A stretch of 64,000 nucleotides of DNA. It comes from Octopus bimaculoides (lineage: Eukaryota). The stretch spans positions 59,285,247 to 59,349,246 of the forward strand of contig NC_068984.1 in the NCBI RefSeq assembly GCF_001194135.2, in the 5' to 3' direction. Both the position numbers and the translations under genes were made by a program. The notes below the pieces were generated by a model, which was not told where the DNA came from, did not search any database, and worked only from the letters and a program-made list of their open reading frames with translations. Below are positions 24,040 through 38,106 of this stretch, in pieces (position 1 is the stretch's first letter; every line of letters begins with the position of its first letter).

Positions 24040-26220
24040 AAATTGGTAGAATCTTTAGAGCATCAGACAACAAGCTTTGTCGTGTTTGTTTCAGTTCTTT
24101 ATATTCTGCTATGGTCAACTTTTTCTTACAACCTCCTGGGTTGATAAAACAAAATACCACTCAAATGCAAAGTAAAGTACAAGTCAAATTTGGAGAGAGG
24201 GAAACAGTCACTATAATGAACTGTTCTCCTTTCCACTAAATTTGTGACTTGTACCTATGTTAGAAATTATCATTATTACCTTCGCTAAGGTAGAGGTATT
24301 GTTTCCAGTCGCGTTTGTTTGTTTGTCCATGGACAAGATATCTCAAGAACTGCTGGATGGATTTGGATGAAACTTTCAGGGATGTTTGGCCTTGTGACTG
24401 GCATGAACTGATTAGAATTTGTGATCAATCCGGTACCGGACAAAGATTTGGGATTATTTTTCCTGTTTTTTTTTACTTAATTTTTTTGAGAGCAGTTGAG
24501 TTTCTTTCAGATATTCTCACTTTTAAAAATCATCTCTGGCTAATCGTTGAGAAGACATTGGTGTTGCCTTGGCAGAGGTTTGTGCTCTCTGAATGCTCTT
24601 ATTATTATAATTTTTGCTAAGACAGTGAGCTGCCAGAATCATTAGCATGCTGGACAGAATTCTTAGCGGTATTTTGCCCGTCACTACATTCTGAGTTCAA
24701 ATTCCACCAAGGTCGACTTTACCTTTCATTCTTTCAGGTTGATGAAATAAGTACCAGTTACACACTGGGGTCGATGTAATTGACTATCCCCCTCCCCCCA
24801 CCAATTTCAGGCCTTGTGCCTATACTAGAAAGGATTATTTTTATTATTGTTGATAAAGTTGTTCACACCTGGACAAAATGCTTTGCGGTATTTCACCTAC
24901 CACTACGTTCTGGGTTCAAATTCCACCAAGGTCAACTTTACTTTTCATTCTTTCAGGGTCAATAAATTAAGTACCAGTGAAACATTGGGGTTGATGTAAT
25001 CAACTAGTTCCCCCCTCCCCTCAGATTTCAGGTCATGTGCCTATAGTAGAAAGGATTATTATTATTATTTAGGCAGCAAGCTTGCAGAATCATTAGCACT
25101 CCAGGCAAAATGCTTAGCGGCTTTTTCTCCATCTTTTTGTTCCAAGTTCAAATTGTTTCAAGGTCCACTTTGCCTTTCATCCTTTCAGCATCAATAAAAT
25201 AAGTACCAGTTATGCACTGGGGTCATTGTAATCGACTAGCCCCCTCCCTTCCAAATTCCAGGCCTTATGCCTGTAGTAGAAAGGATTATTGTGATTAATA
25301 TGATTAAGGCAGCAAGTTGGCAGTCGTTAGCATGCTGGATGAAATGCTTAGCAGTATTTCACCCATTGCTACGTTCTGAGTTCAAATTCTGCCGAGGTCA
25401 TCTTTATCTTTCATCCTTTCGGGGTCAATGTAATCGACTAGCCCCTCCTCCCAAATTTCAAGCCATGTGCCTTTAGTAGAAAGGATTATTATCATTATTA
25501 TTATTATTATTATTATTATTGACCTGGCACAATCGTTAGCACATTGGATAGAATACTTAGCAGCATTTCTTGACGTTCTGAGTCCAAATTGCTCCAGGGT
25601 CAACTTTGCTTTTCATCCTTCAGGAGTCAATAAAATAAGTACCGGTGGTGCACTGGGGTTGATATAATCATCTACCCCCCACCCCCCAAAAAAAAGTTTC
25701 AGGCCTTGTACCTATAGTAGAAAGGATAATTACTATTATTGAGCTGGCAGAATTATTAGCACATCAGACAAAATATTTAGTGGCATTTCTTCTAGCTAAT
25801 TATGTTCTGAGTTCAAATTTTATCTCAGTCAACTTTGTTTTCCATCCTTTCAGGAACAGAATAAGTACTAGTTGAGCACTGCTGTCCTTGTAATCAAATA
25901 ATCCCCTCTTCCCAAAAAGAAATTACTGGCCTTGTATCCAAATTTGAAAACATTATTATCATCATCATGGCTGTGGATTGGCAGAATCATTAGAGTTAGA
26001 TGAATGCTTTGTAAATATTTCTTTCAACACTGTACATTCCAAGTTCAAATTCTACTGATGTCAATTTTGCCTTTCTTCCCTCCATGGGGCTAAAATGAAG
26101 AACTAGTCAAGTCCTAGGGTAGCAATTTTGAGGAGAGAGGTTTAATCAGTATTATTGATTTGCAACCTTCATTCAAAATGCTGGCCTTGTGCCTAAATTA
26201 GAAATAATTCTTATTATTGA
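24040..26220 (+). repeat. Head-to-tail array of about 8 Nin/Deu-domain-like tRNA SINEs joined by (ATT)n
   Basis: Repeating 200-250 nt units: gagctggcagaatcgttagc ... gttctgagttcaaatt ... ttgcctttcatcctttc ... ggccttgtgcctatagtagaaaggattatt. Confidence 0.88.
24276..24600 (+). mobile_element. DINE-1/HINE-like (Helentron-associated) non-autonomous element; second copy at 54359-54720
   Basis: Short 5' inverted repeat (ccttcgct/aaggtagagg), (GTTT)n core, 3' ggcagagg plus terminal stem-loop gtgctctctgaatgc. It aligns end to end with 54359-54720. Confidence 0.7.
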
Positions 26221-26570
26221 TGTTGTTCTGTTTAGTCAAAATTTAGTCTTTTGATAAATAGAGCTTGTTCAAATAAATATTAGACTGAAATAAACACTGG
26301 AGGTTGATGCAGTCAAATTATTGCTAAACATATTTTTGAATTAATCATGTGAATAGACAAATGGGAGATGACACTAAAGGTACAGAAAATCCAATGTACA
26401 GGTGATGATAATGACAAGAACAACATCAGCAACAAGAATAATTGTACAAATGACTTCTCAACATCTTTTTCCAACCAATATGTGTGTATTGTCTAATAAG
26501 GTCCTCAATACATGATCACCTGATTTATGTAAGACATGTTTGTTTTATTTTTATATTTTTATCTGTATAG

Positions 26571-26629
26571 GTAGTCTATGGACAGTTCAGCTATGTTTGG
26601 AACCATTAGTGGAAATGATTCCCAATAAG
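26571..26629 (+). CDS. RMC1: RMC1 exon (GSLWTVQLCLEPLVEMIPNK)
   Basis: gtatag acceptor, gtaaaa donor, 59 nt, phase 1/0. Matches human GYLWNLQVKLEPIVNLLPDK. Confidence 0.94.
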
Positions 26630-27969
26630 GTAAAAGAAAATTTTTTTATCATTTTGATAGTTTATTATGTTATTTTATTTGTTTGTGACGAGTTATTTTC
26701 TGAAGTTGAACTTGATTTTCTACTGTTATTTTTTCCCCCTGCCATGTTTTGTGATTTTTTTTTCCCATGTAATTAATTTATTTTTGAGTCATCTTCCGGT
26801 GTTGTGTTACTCTGTTTATGCCTGCAAACGTGTGTACATGTATGTATTTGCACAGCTAAACCATTAGATTTAAAACCATAATGATACCTTCTAAAACAAC
26901 CAGGCCTGTCTAAGTAATTTGAACTTGTTTAATTTACATTGTTAAAACCTGTCCAACCCATGAAGATGATGATGATATACATGAAACAGAGATTTTATAT
27001 AGATAATTATTGACTCAGGACTGATAATGTGACCAAAAACTTGATTTTTGGATTTTGTTTGTGCCATAATCTCGTTAATTTCCCTTCGAGCCATCTTTTA
27101 ACTGTAGTTAGAAAACTTGTGTAAAAGAAAAGAAATATTGAAGGAGAATAATGCTGGAATGAAAATATTTGAGTCAAGTATAAGCATAGCTAAATGGTCT
27201 AGAAATTTGCTCTGCAATTATGGGATTCCATTCTGAATCCCTCTTCCTGGCATGTTGGGCAAGTGTCTGTTATTGACAAGGTTTGAGTGCAATTGGTTAG
27301 GCAAAAAATAATGTGGAAACCCATTGGATGTAGTGTATCTGTGATTCAAAGGGTCCAGTCTTGTCCCACATAGTTATGCCAATCCACCTGAAACCACCTT
27401 TCAATGATCACCCCACCACCTGCCAAAAACAAACTATCCATTTTGAAATGTTTATATTTAAATTTAAACCTTTCGCTTTAATTTTATGTAAGAACCTTCA
27501 GTTAAATTGCAGTGAACATCATTATCTTACTTCCACTTTCCAGGCTGGTATGAGTTGGACAGATTGCCACAGTCCAAGTCAGTTCTTACTGGGAGCACTG
27601 CACTCATGAACAGGCTGGAGAATTATACGTTTCATTTTTGATTTAGTTTCTACAGTTGGACATTCTTAGAGACAGTTGGACATTCTTAGAGTATCCTAAG
27701 TGCATTTTAACATAGGACTAGTGCTGTGCTAGGGAAGTTGTCATATCCCTAGTGAAATAAGACTACAGGATTCTCTCAATGATATACCATCTTTCACTTT
27801 CACCAACCACTTTACATTGTACTGAGTGTATTTTTATCACGGCACCAGCACAAGTGAGGTTGTCATGTCTCCACTGAAACCAGTTTGAAAGGACTTCTCC
27901 ATCATATGCTTTCAACTTTTGCCCACCAACCGCTTAAACCGTTCTGTTTGTATTTTATCACCAGCTTAA

Positions 27970-28181
27970 CCCTTTTAGTACCAATCTACTGAAAACTGAT
28001 CTTACTTCTTATGTTACAAACTTGTTACTTTGAAGTGATATAAATTGTATCAACATTTCATATTAGTTAATATTCCAAATTCCATCTTAATTAATGACAA
28101 AGTTATGTTACTAAATTCTTCGTTAAGTTCAAAATTAATTGAAGTAAAGTGTATTTCAATAGATATACAGTAACAAAAGGG
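27970..28181. mobile_element. piggyBac-type MITE (inverse-orientation relative at about 46880-47065)
   Basis: TTAA on the left and TTTAA on the right. TIR-like ends cccttttagtac and gtaacaaaaggg. Confidence 0.7.
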
Positions 28182-29220
28182 TTTAAAAAAGAAGTTATTT
28201 TACTAACACCCTTTAATCCTTTAGCATTTAACCCACTTGTATCCAAATATTCTACTTACTTTATGTTCAAACCAGCTAGATCTGTCCCCTCACACCTACC
28301 CTACAATGTCATTCGAAAAATAAGCAACCATATCATCAAAATCTCAAAACTATAAGATAATGTGTGATTAATTCAAAACAATGTGAATAAAAAAGCATTG
28401 CATTAAACAGAATAATGAATGATAGAGGATTAAATCTTGATTATTAAAGAATAACTAATTTTAAAAAAAAAACATATGAATAGTGTATTTATTAGAAATA
28501 ATGGCAATTAAAGTATTATGGATGCTCTTGTCTGTGGAATACTCAACCATTTGCACATGCTTCATTGAGTAGATAGTTTCGCTGATTGAACAACTAATCA
28601 TTGCCACTGACAGAGGGCTGACTTCAGAATAGAAGTCAGACTTTAGAATAGAAAACATTGCAAATATGACATGTCAACCACCTCAGTCAACAGTATTGAC
28701 ACAGTTTTGACAATTATTTTCTGCACTATTTCTCTCAGTTTGCTTTTGATAAAAATATAGTTTAAATTTTGTCGTGGAGTTTTTGTTATCCCTCCAAAAA
28801 TATTTTGACAAAATTCATTGTGTAATAGCAGCTCATTAAAAGCATTTAAGCGCACCTGAAAACTATACCTACCCATTCTTACAAAACAACCTGGTAAATC
28901 TGGGTGTATCTTAAACTTTGGTGTGTATTAAATTACCCACAAATAAGTTGACTTGTTTGAATGTAGTTAGTAAGTGTAAGCAACCTATAAATTGGGTTTA
29001 TGACCCAGTAGTTTTATTTGTTTTCATTTCTGAGAGCTGGCATATATTGGATATTGGAACAAGTGAAAAATATTTTTATATCATATTTGTCTGTTACAGG
29101 ATAGTGGTGGGAGGGAGTCAATACATAAATGATAGCAACAAAAATGTAAAGATGGCTTTTGAATTGGAACATTTAAGTGATATGCTTACTAAATGTCTCT
29201 CCATATTTTTGTAATTCCAG

Positions 29221-29400
29221 TTGAAACTGATAGAGTTCTTAGTGTTGCGGAAAGACAGCAAATTGGTATTATTGTCGGTATGTCGACAAATGTTAATTCC
29301 TGGCCACCAAGCTACTCTTGTCACAATCGCACAAATTTATGATATGCTAAATGATGTTTATAAAAATTATCAAGAAGCTGAAACACAATATCTTGTACAT
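29221..29400 (+). CDS. RMC1: RMC1 exon (LKLIEFLVLRKDSKLVLLSVCRQML...YQEAETQYLVH)
   Basis: ttccag acceptor, gtaagt donor, 180 nt. Matches human LMDFLLQRKECKMVILSVCSQML. Confidence 0.96.
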
Positions 29401-32028
29401 GTAAGTAAACATTTTTCTTCAGTTGCAGTTGTAATTTTGCATTGTCAATCAAGTGTACATTTAATTTTTTTTTTTTAAGTTTATTTGGGTGGTAGGGTAG
29501 TGTTTTATTTTAATGACTTTACAAGTTAGTCACAGCCAATACCATTATGACCTTTGCAAGTCCTCTTTGTCAGGTGAGACTGATGTGGTTGATATTCAGT
29601 TACTTTAAAAATGTGTACATCAACAGCTACAAGGAAAATGTGGGTAGAGAGACTCCAGAAGGAAAGGCAGCTGTGTCTTGTTAATTTGGATGGAGTGGGG
29701 TATGCAGCTAGTTAGTCCAGATTAAAAGAAGCTATTGGAATGGTGGTGCAAGAGTTAGAGAGAGAAAAATCTGTGTATCTGTGAGCATAGTGGTTGAAGC
29801 CTGTTGGTGAATGAATCTTTGCCAGTTACCATATTTTCTGGCATACAAGTCTACATAGTGTATAGTGTAAACATTCAAATACTGTCACTGTCTTTCCAAA
29901 CCCTGCTATATTTCAAAGTCAACTTGGTATGTAAGTAATCCTACCATTTTGGTGCTAAAAGATTCGATTTGTATGCTGGAAAATACAGTGACTGACTTGC
30001 ATTGTTTTTAAATTCTTAAGCTGTCATATTTGTTAGTACTTGTTATTGAAACTAGTAACTCTCTTCAAATCCAATTTATGTAAAAGTACTGGACTAACTA
30101 GTATTCACATAAAACTTTCCTGCAGTTGTTTTGGAGAACATGCATTCCTCAAGTTTGCCTCAGTTTTCATAGATGACCACAGATTCAATAAGATTTAAAG
30201 AAGATAGTAGATTAGTTGCAAAAACCACTTTTTCTACCAATCTGCAAATCTTCCGTATTACTAAAAAGAATTCTTAAACTACTCTACCATTTCTAGCATG
30301 ATAAAATGAATGTCAAACAGTAAAGAAAGAAAATTGATTCTATTTTTTTATATACTAGCTTAGGTTGGATAGTTTTTGTGATTATTCATGTTTACATAAA
30401 TTATTGGAGATAACATATGTGTTTGAGCAATTTTTATTTACATATGCAATGGTGTGAAACAATTCTAACAAATCAAGCCTGTGACTGTAATTCAATTGTT
30501 GATTGTAATTTTTTCCATTAAACCATAAACAGACTTTGGAAAGATGTAAACATGTCCTTACCCATTCCCCAACCATCTGAAGTTAATACTCTGATAAGTG
30601 TTCTGAATTCTGATAAGTTTTCATCACACTAATGTAAGGAATAAATATTCAGTCTTATTTCAAAATACATAAACACATAGATATAATCTGTGTTTTCCAG
30701 TTTTAAAATCTGTACACCATATCTCTGCATGTTGAGGTGACTAAATAAAATCAGAATTACTTGATTTGGTGTTGTTGTTTGAACATCGATGATTTGGCAC
30801 AGCTGGCTGGACATTGAACCTGTTTTGGCAACAGTACGTTTTGGTGCTGGAAGCAAACACACACATACATACATGTGTGTATAGAAATATTCACATATAG
30901 ATAGTGAGAGGGAGAGAAAGAGCAACATTACAATTTATTAATTGAACATAACTGACATAAGAACTCTCCCTCTGCTCACACACATAAACAGGAGAGAGAC
31001 TGAAAGAAACGTTAAAACATCTGATGTCAAATAAGTCAGCATTGAATCAGCAAAAGCCAAATAAGTGGCACCAAAACAGCTGTTCCAAAATGTCTCAAGC
31101 CCTAAAAGGAGTGGCAACAGGGAGAGTATTAGGCCATAAAACACTGCCTCAAAATGAGAACCATGATGAGTGTGATACAAAATGGGAAATACTATCTTGG
31201 AGTCATATTTGTTATATGATTTTTCTGGGGAAGAAACATTCGCACACACACTGCAAGACATAAGTATGCATCTGTGTATGGGCAAACACATTAAAAAATC
31301 ATAAACTGTTAGAACTGACTGACAGTGTTGCTTCAGGTCAGATTGACTTCACTTGGAAGCCTGTTTAGTTACACTTACTGCCTGTTGTTCATCTCTGTGA
31401 ATTGACATGTAATTTCCTGAACAGAATCTAGAGGTGGAGCCTTCAATCAGAATAAACTAAAATAAGAATGTTTGCAAACAAGTGATAACAGGAAATAATA
31501 TTTGTTTTTATTGGAAACTGGAGCAAAGGTTTAGTTGGTTATAGTAGAGTAAAATGTACACTCATAGGATTTATCCAAGACATATTGTGGCATAGTTGTG
31601 TGTGTATAAGCTGAGTTATTGTTGTTTAACCCAAAGTCGTCTCTGATCAGACACATCTATAATCAAAGGTATTCTATCCATGAACATCCAATCTTGTTAT
31701 CTCAGACATAGTGCATCAAGAACTACATTATCTAATGAATCCTTCCTTTTTCTAAGATAGACTTAGTTTCAGAATTGATTGCCATTTCTCGCAGGCTTAG
31801 TGATCACATAATGATTCCTTCATTAACTTAGGTTCTAGATTATTTGCGTAGTCGTGAACTTAATCTTAGGGAAATGTTGATTCTAAGATTCTAACAAAGG
31901 AATTTTTTTTTTTATATGATTACATAGTTGAAAAGTATATTGGATATTTTTTGAAATATTAAAAAAGGAATCTACTAAGTAGTTTGTTAGCTTATAGTTT
32001 TTTTTTCTTCTTTTTTTCTCATGTTTAG

Positions 32029-32136
32029 TCCGTTGATATCTCCAGCCGGCCTGATCCATATCAACGTTCAAACAAAGTGATATTAGACCAATCTGATATG
32101 TATACACATGTTTTTTCAGTCTTTGAAAATGCCAAG
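32029..32136 (+). CDS. RMC1: RMC1 exon, last found in window (SVDISSRPDPYQRSNKVILDQSDMYTHVFSVFENAK)
   Basis: gtttag acceptor, gttagt donor, 108 nt. Matches human AVLDQSDVYTHVLSAFVEKK. Confidence 0.95.
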
Positions 32137-33779
32137 GTTAGTAAATATTTTTTTCAGTTTCTCTCTCTCATTATAAATGCACAAATTATATTTTTCTCAT
32201 ATAACCCTATTGATGTAGATTACAAAAGGCAATAGGAACCAAGATGATTTAGGGACTTACATAATGGAATGGCTTTTCTTTCCCATTGTGTTCTGCAGGC
32301 TCACTGTAGATTTGAACTTGGTGTAGCAAGATAATGAAGCTCTTGTCAGTTTTACAGTGTTACCACTGCTTACAGTCACATGTTTTCCTTAGTTGGTAGT
32401 ACCTCTTTACAGTCAAATGGCCTGTTCCCTATGAGAATTGTCTTAACCACAGACAACTCTGTGTAATTGGGAGGATACAAATTACAAACTTCTCAACTGT
32501 CTTCCTGGTGCATTATCAGCTCAACTGCTCAGATACATCAGTGGTATATTGAAGGAGTTGAAATGACAAAAACAGTTATGTTCTAAGTTATATTCCTCAC
32601 AATTAACCCATTGTCTGTCCAGAGCATTTTCATAAGTTTGTCCTATATGTCTATGGTTTTTTTTTTTTTTTCAGACTTTTAGTTTACCCTTGTTTCATAC
32701 ATTGAGTAATAGAAAGCTTTCCATTCATAAGTCCCAAGTTACTCTAGTGGTTGGACAAAATTGGGAATGTATACCATTTATGTGATGTATAGATCCCAGG
32801 GAAATATGTCTTGTGTATCACATGTGATATGCAGGATAAGTATAGGTGATTGCCATAGTCATGTCAATCACCTATACTCTTCAATAATTTGTAATCTTGA
32901 TCCAATGTTATAAATCATTATCAACCATTGAGTTAAGAGTTAGGAGTCAAATTGTTAGCCTACTACTGGAGGAGTTATTGTCTAATATTCCATCATCAGC
33001 ACTACACTATGTCTCTTATATAGATACTTAATCCCTGCTGATTCATTTTACATAGTTATAAATAAACATCAAACAGAGGTAGATCACACAACTGCTGCTG
33101 CATAAGTTGCTGTTGAAATTACAGATATGTGCTCAAATCCTCTTTCGTGAATGAATCAGATGTATCATGCAAGAGAGAAGACAATGGTAATACAGACTTG
33201 GGGTTCATATGGAGGACGATGACTACAGAGTAAAGAAAAAACAGTTGATTTAAGTAGGGAGAATTTTCAGAAGAGAAAGACATGGGAAGAAGTGATGAAA
33301 GCTAATCTCATTAGGCTGAACCTCTCAGAGGAAATGATAAAGAAATACAACAAATGGCAAAACACTATACTAAAGAAAATTCATTGTTGCAAGCATGTAA
33401 AAGTAGATGTAAAAATGATGATGCTAGCTCAATCCATTTAGTTGTAAATAGATATTTAAGGAAGCACAGTTCATTGGTGCAAGAGGCAAGAGATAGCATG
33501 TAAATTGATGAGTTGCTTCGTTATTTTATCATATTGATCTAGTCCATAATTACTCACAAAAGAGCTAAATACCATCAATAGAATATCTTATCTAAGACAT
33601 GTTATAGAAACAACTAAAGATTCAAAGCAAAATATAGCAATTGATTTTGTTTTGAAAGTACTTTGTTCATATTATCTGCAAGGGTGGTCAGGTGAGGATT
33701 TGTTGTAATTGTTGCTGCCATGTAGGTCTATTTAAGAAAAACAAACTTGTGTAATTATCTACATGATGACCCTCTAATA

Positions 33780-33952
33780 CAGCACTTCTTAAACTATGGG
33801 TCACAACCCTAAATGGGGTCACGAAAATTAAATTCAAACACTTGAATTTCATTTTATATGTTATTTCACAAATGCATACTTAATACCTAGGGTTGCAAAA
33901 AATTTTGTGATGAAAAATGGGGTAATGAATGGAAACAGTTTAAGAAGCGCTA
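33780..33952. mobile_element. hAT-type MITE
   Basis: TIRs cagcacttcttaaact and agtttaagaagcgcta. 8-bp TSD ctctaata vs ctttaata (7/8 match). Confidence 0.85.
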
Positions 33953-36900
33953 CTTTAATATATAGTCCATTCAAATCTGGCCATAGTCAACATTATCTTT
34001 CAGTTTTCGAGGATCAATAAAATAAAGTACCAGTTAAGTACTTGAACCCCTCCCCTAAATTCGAAGCCCTATATCTGTGGTAGAACTCAATATATACCCC
34101 ATTTTGCTTTATTTTCTCTACAAAGTTCTCCTAAATGACAAACTGGAAATAGCAGTTAAATGAAAGTAACTACATCGTTTCATGTCCAATTCCATTGTAC
34201 AGCATCTTGATAAGTGTCTTTCACCATAGTTTGAGTCAGTCAAAATCTTGTAGATGAAATCTAGATGGAAATTGAGAGAAACCCATGAGTGAGGCTCCTG
34301 TTTTCACTTTCAAGTGGTACATTTAATCCATCACTCTGTTTAACACTACTACCAACTGGCTCTTGAGATGTCTTTAGTGGAGTCCACTATATTTATAAGC
34401 ATCCAGGCCAGGCCTCTGGTCTCATAATTTCCTTCACCAGTCTGAGACCCTACAAAGGGTTATGGGTATGCTATCATTTCTCCCTTGATTTGGTCATTAA
34501 AAAATATCTCCATATTCTCTATTTTAATGAGTAATGTTTCTAGCTTCTTCTTAAGCTGATTTGATTTTATTTTAACTTAATCCTACTTGAAACCTCTTTC
34601 TCTCATATCAGTAGAAATGGTAAGCTGGTGATAACCTTCAGGCAGTGTGAACTACTTTAGAAATACCTTAATCTCTACAGCTTGCAAATACAGAAAATCT
34701 GTCACTAAAGCACAACAGGGTACACTTCTCAGTATTCTACGTCTGAATCAAGCACATACAGTAATTAGAATCAGTGTATATGGTTGAGGAGAAAGATGTT
34801 CTTCTCAAATGTTTGGAATTTAATCAACTTTTGTCTTTACTGAATATGAAGTTCTGTCTTCATATCAAATGGTACACTATGTGACAAGTCATATTGTAAG
34901 TATGAAGCAGTGAAAGCTAAAGATTCTCTGTTAGACAGGTTATAATCTGTTTGATGTTAAATGTGATTCTCAGAGGGAAACTGAGCTCAAATGAGAACAG
35001 GAAGTAAATAAATTAATGTGAAGAGTTTTGAAGCATAAACTGAATGAAATAGAAAATAGACACTCTTAGAAAGGTAGACATAGAAAGTGCATTGCAGTGT
35101 GATGTGAATGGATAAAGGAAGCAAAATGGCTGCTTTTATTTATTTATTTTTTAAAAAGAACATAGTTTATCATACTAAAATAAAAATTTTGATTCACTAA
35201 AGAATTTATCCTGGGCAGACAGTGTTTGTGAACTTACAATGCTAGCTGCTACTAGTTCAAATATTATGCTCTGCTCAACAAGACACAATTCTTTAAGGCT
35301 TTGCTATGGCTAGCATTGTTTGTGTAGCTGAAAATAGATGCTAAACAATTTACAGTTGATTTACTACCAGATTGTTTACCCTATCTAACTACCTTGTATT
35401 TACTTTACTCTTATATCAGAAGTTAACTGAAGACTCATCTTGAGACATGGTAGCATTAAAAAAAAGCTAGTAATGATAATGTTCCTAATGCTAAACCACA
35501 TGACCTACAATGACCTTACATTTTGCTCAGGGTTAAGGTCCCCCTTTTGAGCCTTGACAGTTACTAACCTAACATCCTCTCCCCCACAAAAATACAAAAA
35601 CCACAAAGCAATCTATTTGCTTGTCAAGCTTTTAATCAACAATATAGTTCAAGCACATCACTTTATCCAGCCATATACTCTCAGTGACTTGTCTCTGCTA
35701 CTACATAAATCACTTCTTCTCTGAGATTCCCAACTCTCCACATTAACTTCACTTGATTATTTCTGTTCTCTAATCTGTGAAGTCTATAGGCCCAAACTCT
35801 CTTTCTCAGGCAAAAGTATTAAAAAAACTATATATCTCACTCTAGAGGAACAGAAACAAAATTCAGAAGCATTACAAAAATTTTTTATTATTCACATTTC
35901 TTTTCTGCTGTATCTTCGGCTCTGTGTTTTTAACAACTGTGATAAATATAAAATTCTTTGAAAAATAATAGGTTGTAGAGGAGAAACTGATTTTACAAAA
36001 TTGATTCATTGTTTATCTGACTGAAAACTTCCCATGAACTAGATCCTTTGATTATTCAAGAAGTCATAGTCTTTAGTAAATAACCTGAAAGAAAATCTTT
36101 CTCCATTGTTTACTTAAGATTCACCTTCTGCAAGTACTTTTGTTACAGTTGTAAAAGGATTTAGTGTACATGCAATATCAAAGAGGATTTTGAAATATTC
36201 ATGTTTTAAGTAAATCTCTGTATAAACACAAGTTGAACTTGTTTTACAACCATGCATTAATATTGTCTATAGTAACTATTATGTGAATATCAAATATAAC
36301 AGTGATATACCACATTTTCTTTTAAATGTCAGTTTATTCTGTGATAAACATATAGTTTAATTCTTTTAATTGTATGTTGTTTTCCAAGACACAAAGTTGT
36401 ATCATGCTCCTTTCTTTCTATCCTCAGTTAATGTTGAAGTTTGACTTACTATTTCTCACTAAATACTTCAGTGTGTTTTTCCATATTTGTGGCTTATAAA
36501 ACAATAAGCTTTGTTACAGAATCCTTTGGGATTATCTGAACATGCAAGTTTATCACAGTGTAAACTAATTTCAAGGACATCTAATTAAAACTACATTAGT
36601 TATTTGTTTAACATTTTGGAAAGTTACTGAAATGTGTTGAAATCTTTGGAAGTTACATGTAAAATCCATTCATGAACTATATGTTAATATTTGTTTTGAG
36701 ATATCATTGCAATGTTATTTGATATATGAGTATTCAGTAATACACTTTCGAAGGGTATATTTTATAGGGTAGTGGCGTACAAATCTTTGTGTAATGGATA
36801 ATGATGAGATGCGTGTGAAGAAGAGGAAGAAGTCACTTGAGACCCATATTTCATTTTCTCCTTCCCAACTGTTGGTTTATAATGTTTCAGTAACACTTAA

Positions 36901-38106
36901 AATCTTTGAAAGTTTTTCCTTTGTCTTTTTTTGCTACATGAAAAACTATGATTCTCTTCATTAGCATCAACATGAATTTAGACATGAATTTAAGTCATTG
37001 TACAGTAATTGCAATTTTGCAATAATTTGCAATTCTCCTCCATAGCTTCAGATATAGCATTTTTGTCAGATCCCTTTGCAACAATTTATATTCTCTTCAC
37101 TATCTCATAAGATAGCAGCAGTTTTTTGTTTGTTTGTTTTTTTTAAATATCCCTGCTACTATTATATTTAAAGCTCTGGGTGCATTATTCATTGCCACTC
37201 TGATATCTTTGTTTTCTTTCCAGCAGAGGAAGTCATTCCCATGAGTAGCTTTTTATATGATTCTCTTCTCCAATCATTTTAGGAAATTATTGTGGCCCTG
37301 TTATTGTGGAACAGCAACATTAATAATGTCTTCTATGTTTGCATAAGATGAATTTTCTATTGCAATGTCACAAGTAATTTATAGCTATCTCATATTACTT
37401 TCTCTGTTGATATTCATGAAGTAGATACCTAACTGTGTCTTCCTGGTTAGCATTTCTTTTCTATGTTATTATGAAAGGTGCCAATTCAGTTTTTGTTGAG
37501 CCAAGTGTATCTTTGTTTTGAATATCTCATCTTGCAGTAGTTCTTTAATCCTTTAGCATTCACATTATTCTGTCAAAGGCAAGGTTTATTTATTCACATT
37601 CTTTTGAATTAATCATGCATTATCTTATAGCTTTGAAATTTTGATGAAGTAACTGTTAATTTTCAGAATGATATTGTAAAGTTGGTGACCAGTTTGAACA
37701 TAAAACAGGTAGAATATTTTGGCCAGATGTGGCTGGTTTAAATCCAAGTTACAGATTTCTTTCACTGTTCAACCCAGAATACCAGACATTAATTCAATTA
37801 CTCACTTACATGGTGAAAGTATTATGAGATGTGAAGTTATTTAAAGGAGGACACATTTAAAGTAACTTGCTTTCAATCACGAAACCTTAGTATCTTGTTC
37901 GAGTGATTTCATGTGTATATGAATGATGGATTTTTTTGTTGGAGATTTTTAATGGAGAAAGAGGATATATCTAAGTAAAGCATATTATTAAGAAAACAAG
38001 CAATTTAACATAACAGTCACAGATAATTCCTTTTCAAGAAGGAAAATCAAGCTTTTTCTGTTTGAAAGTAAGCAATCAATGAAATATAGTTCGTGATGGG
38101 CAGAGA

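Noticed and set aside
32675-32920. Strong poly-T + CAG acceptor followed by a ~79-codon open frame, as the next RMC1 exon
   Set aside because: The translation shows no similarity to the expected KFVIAVLMEYIRSL segment.
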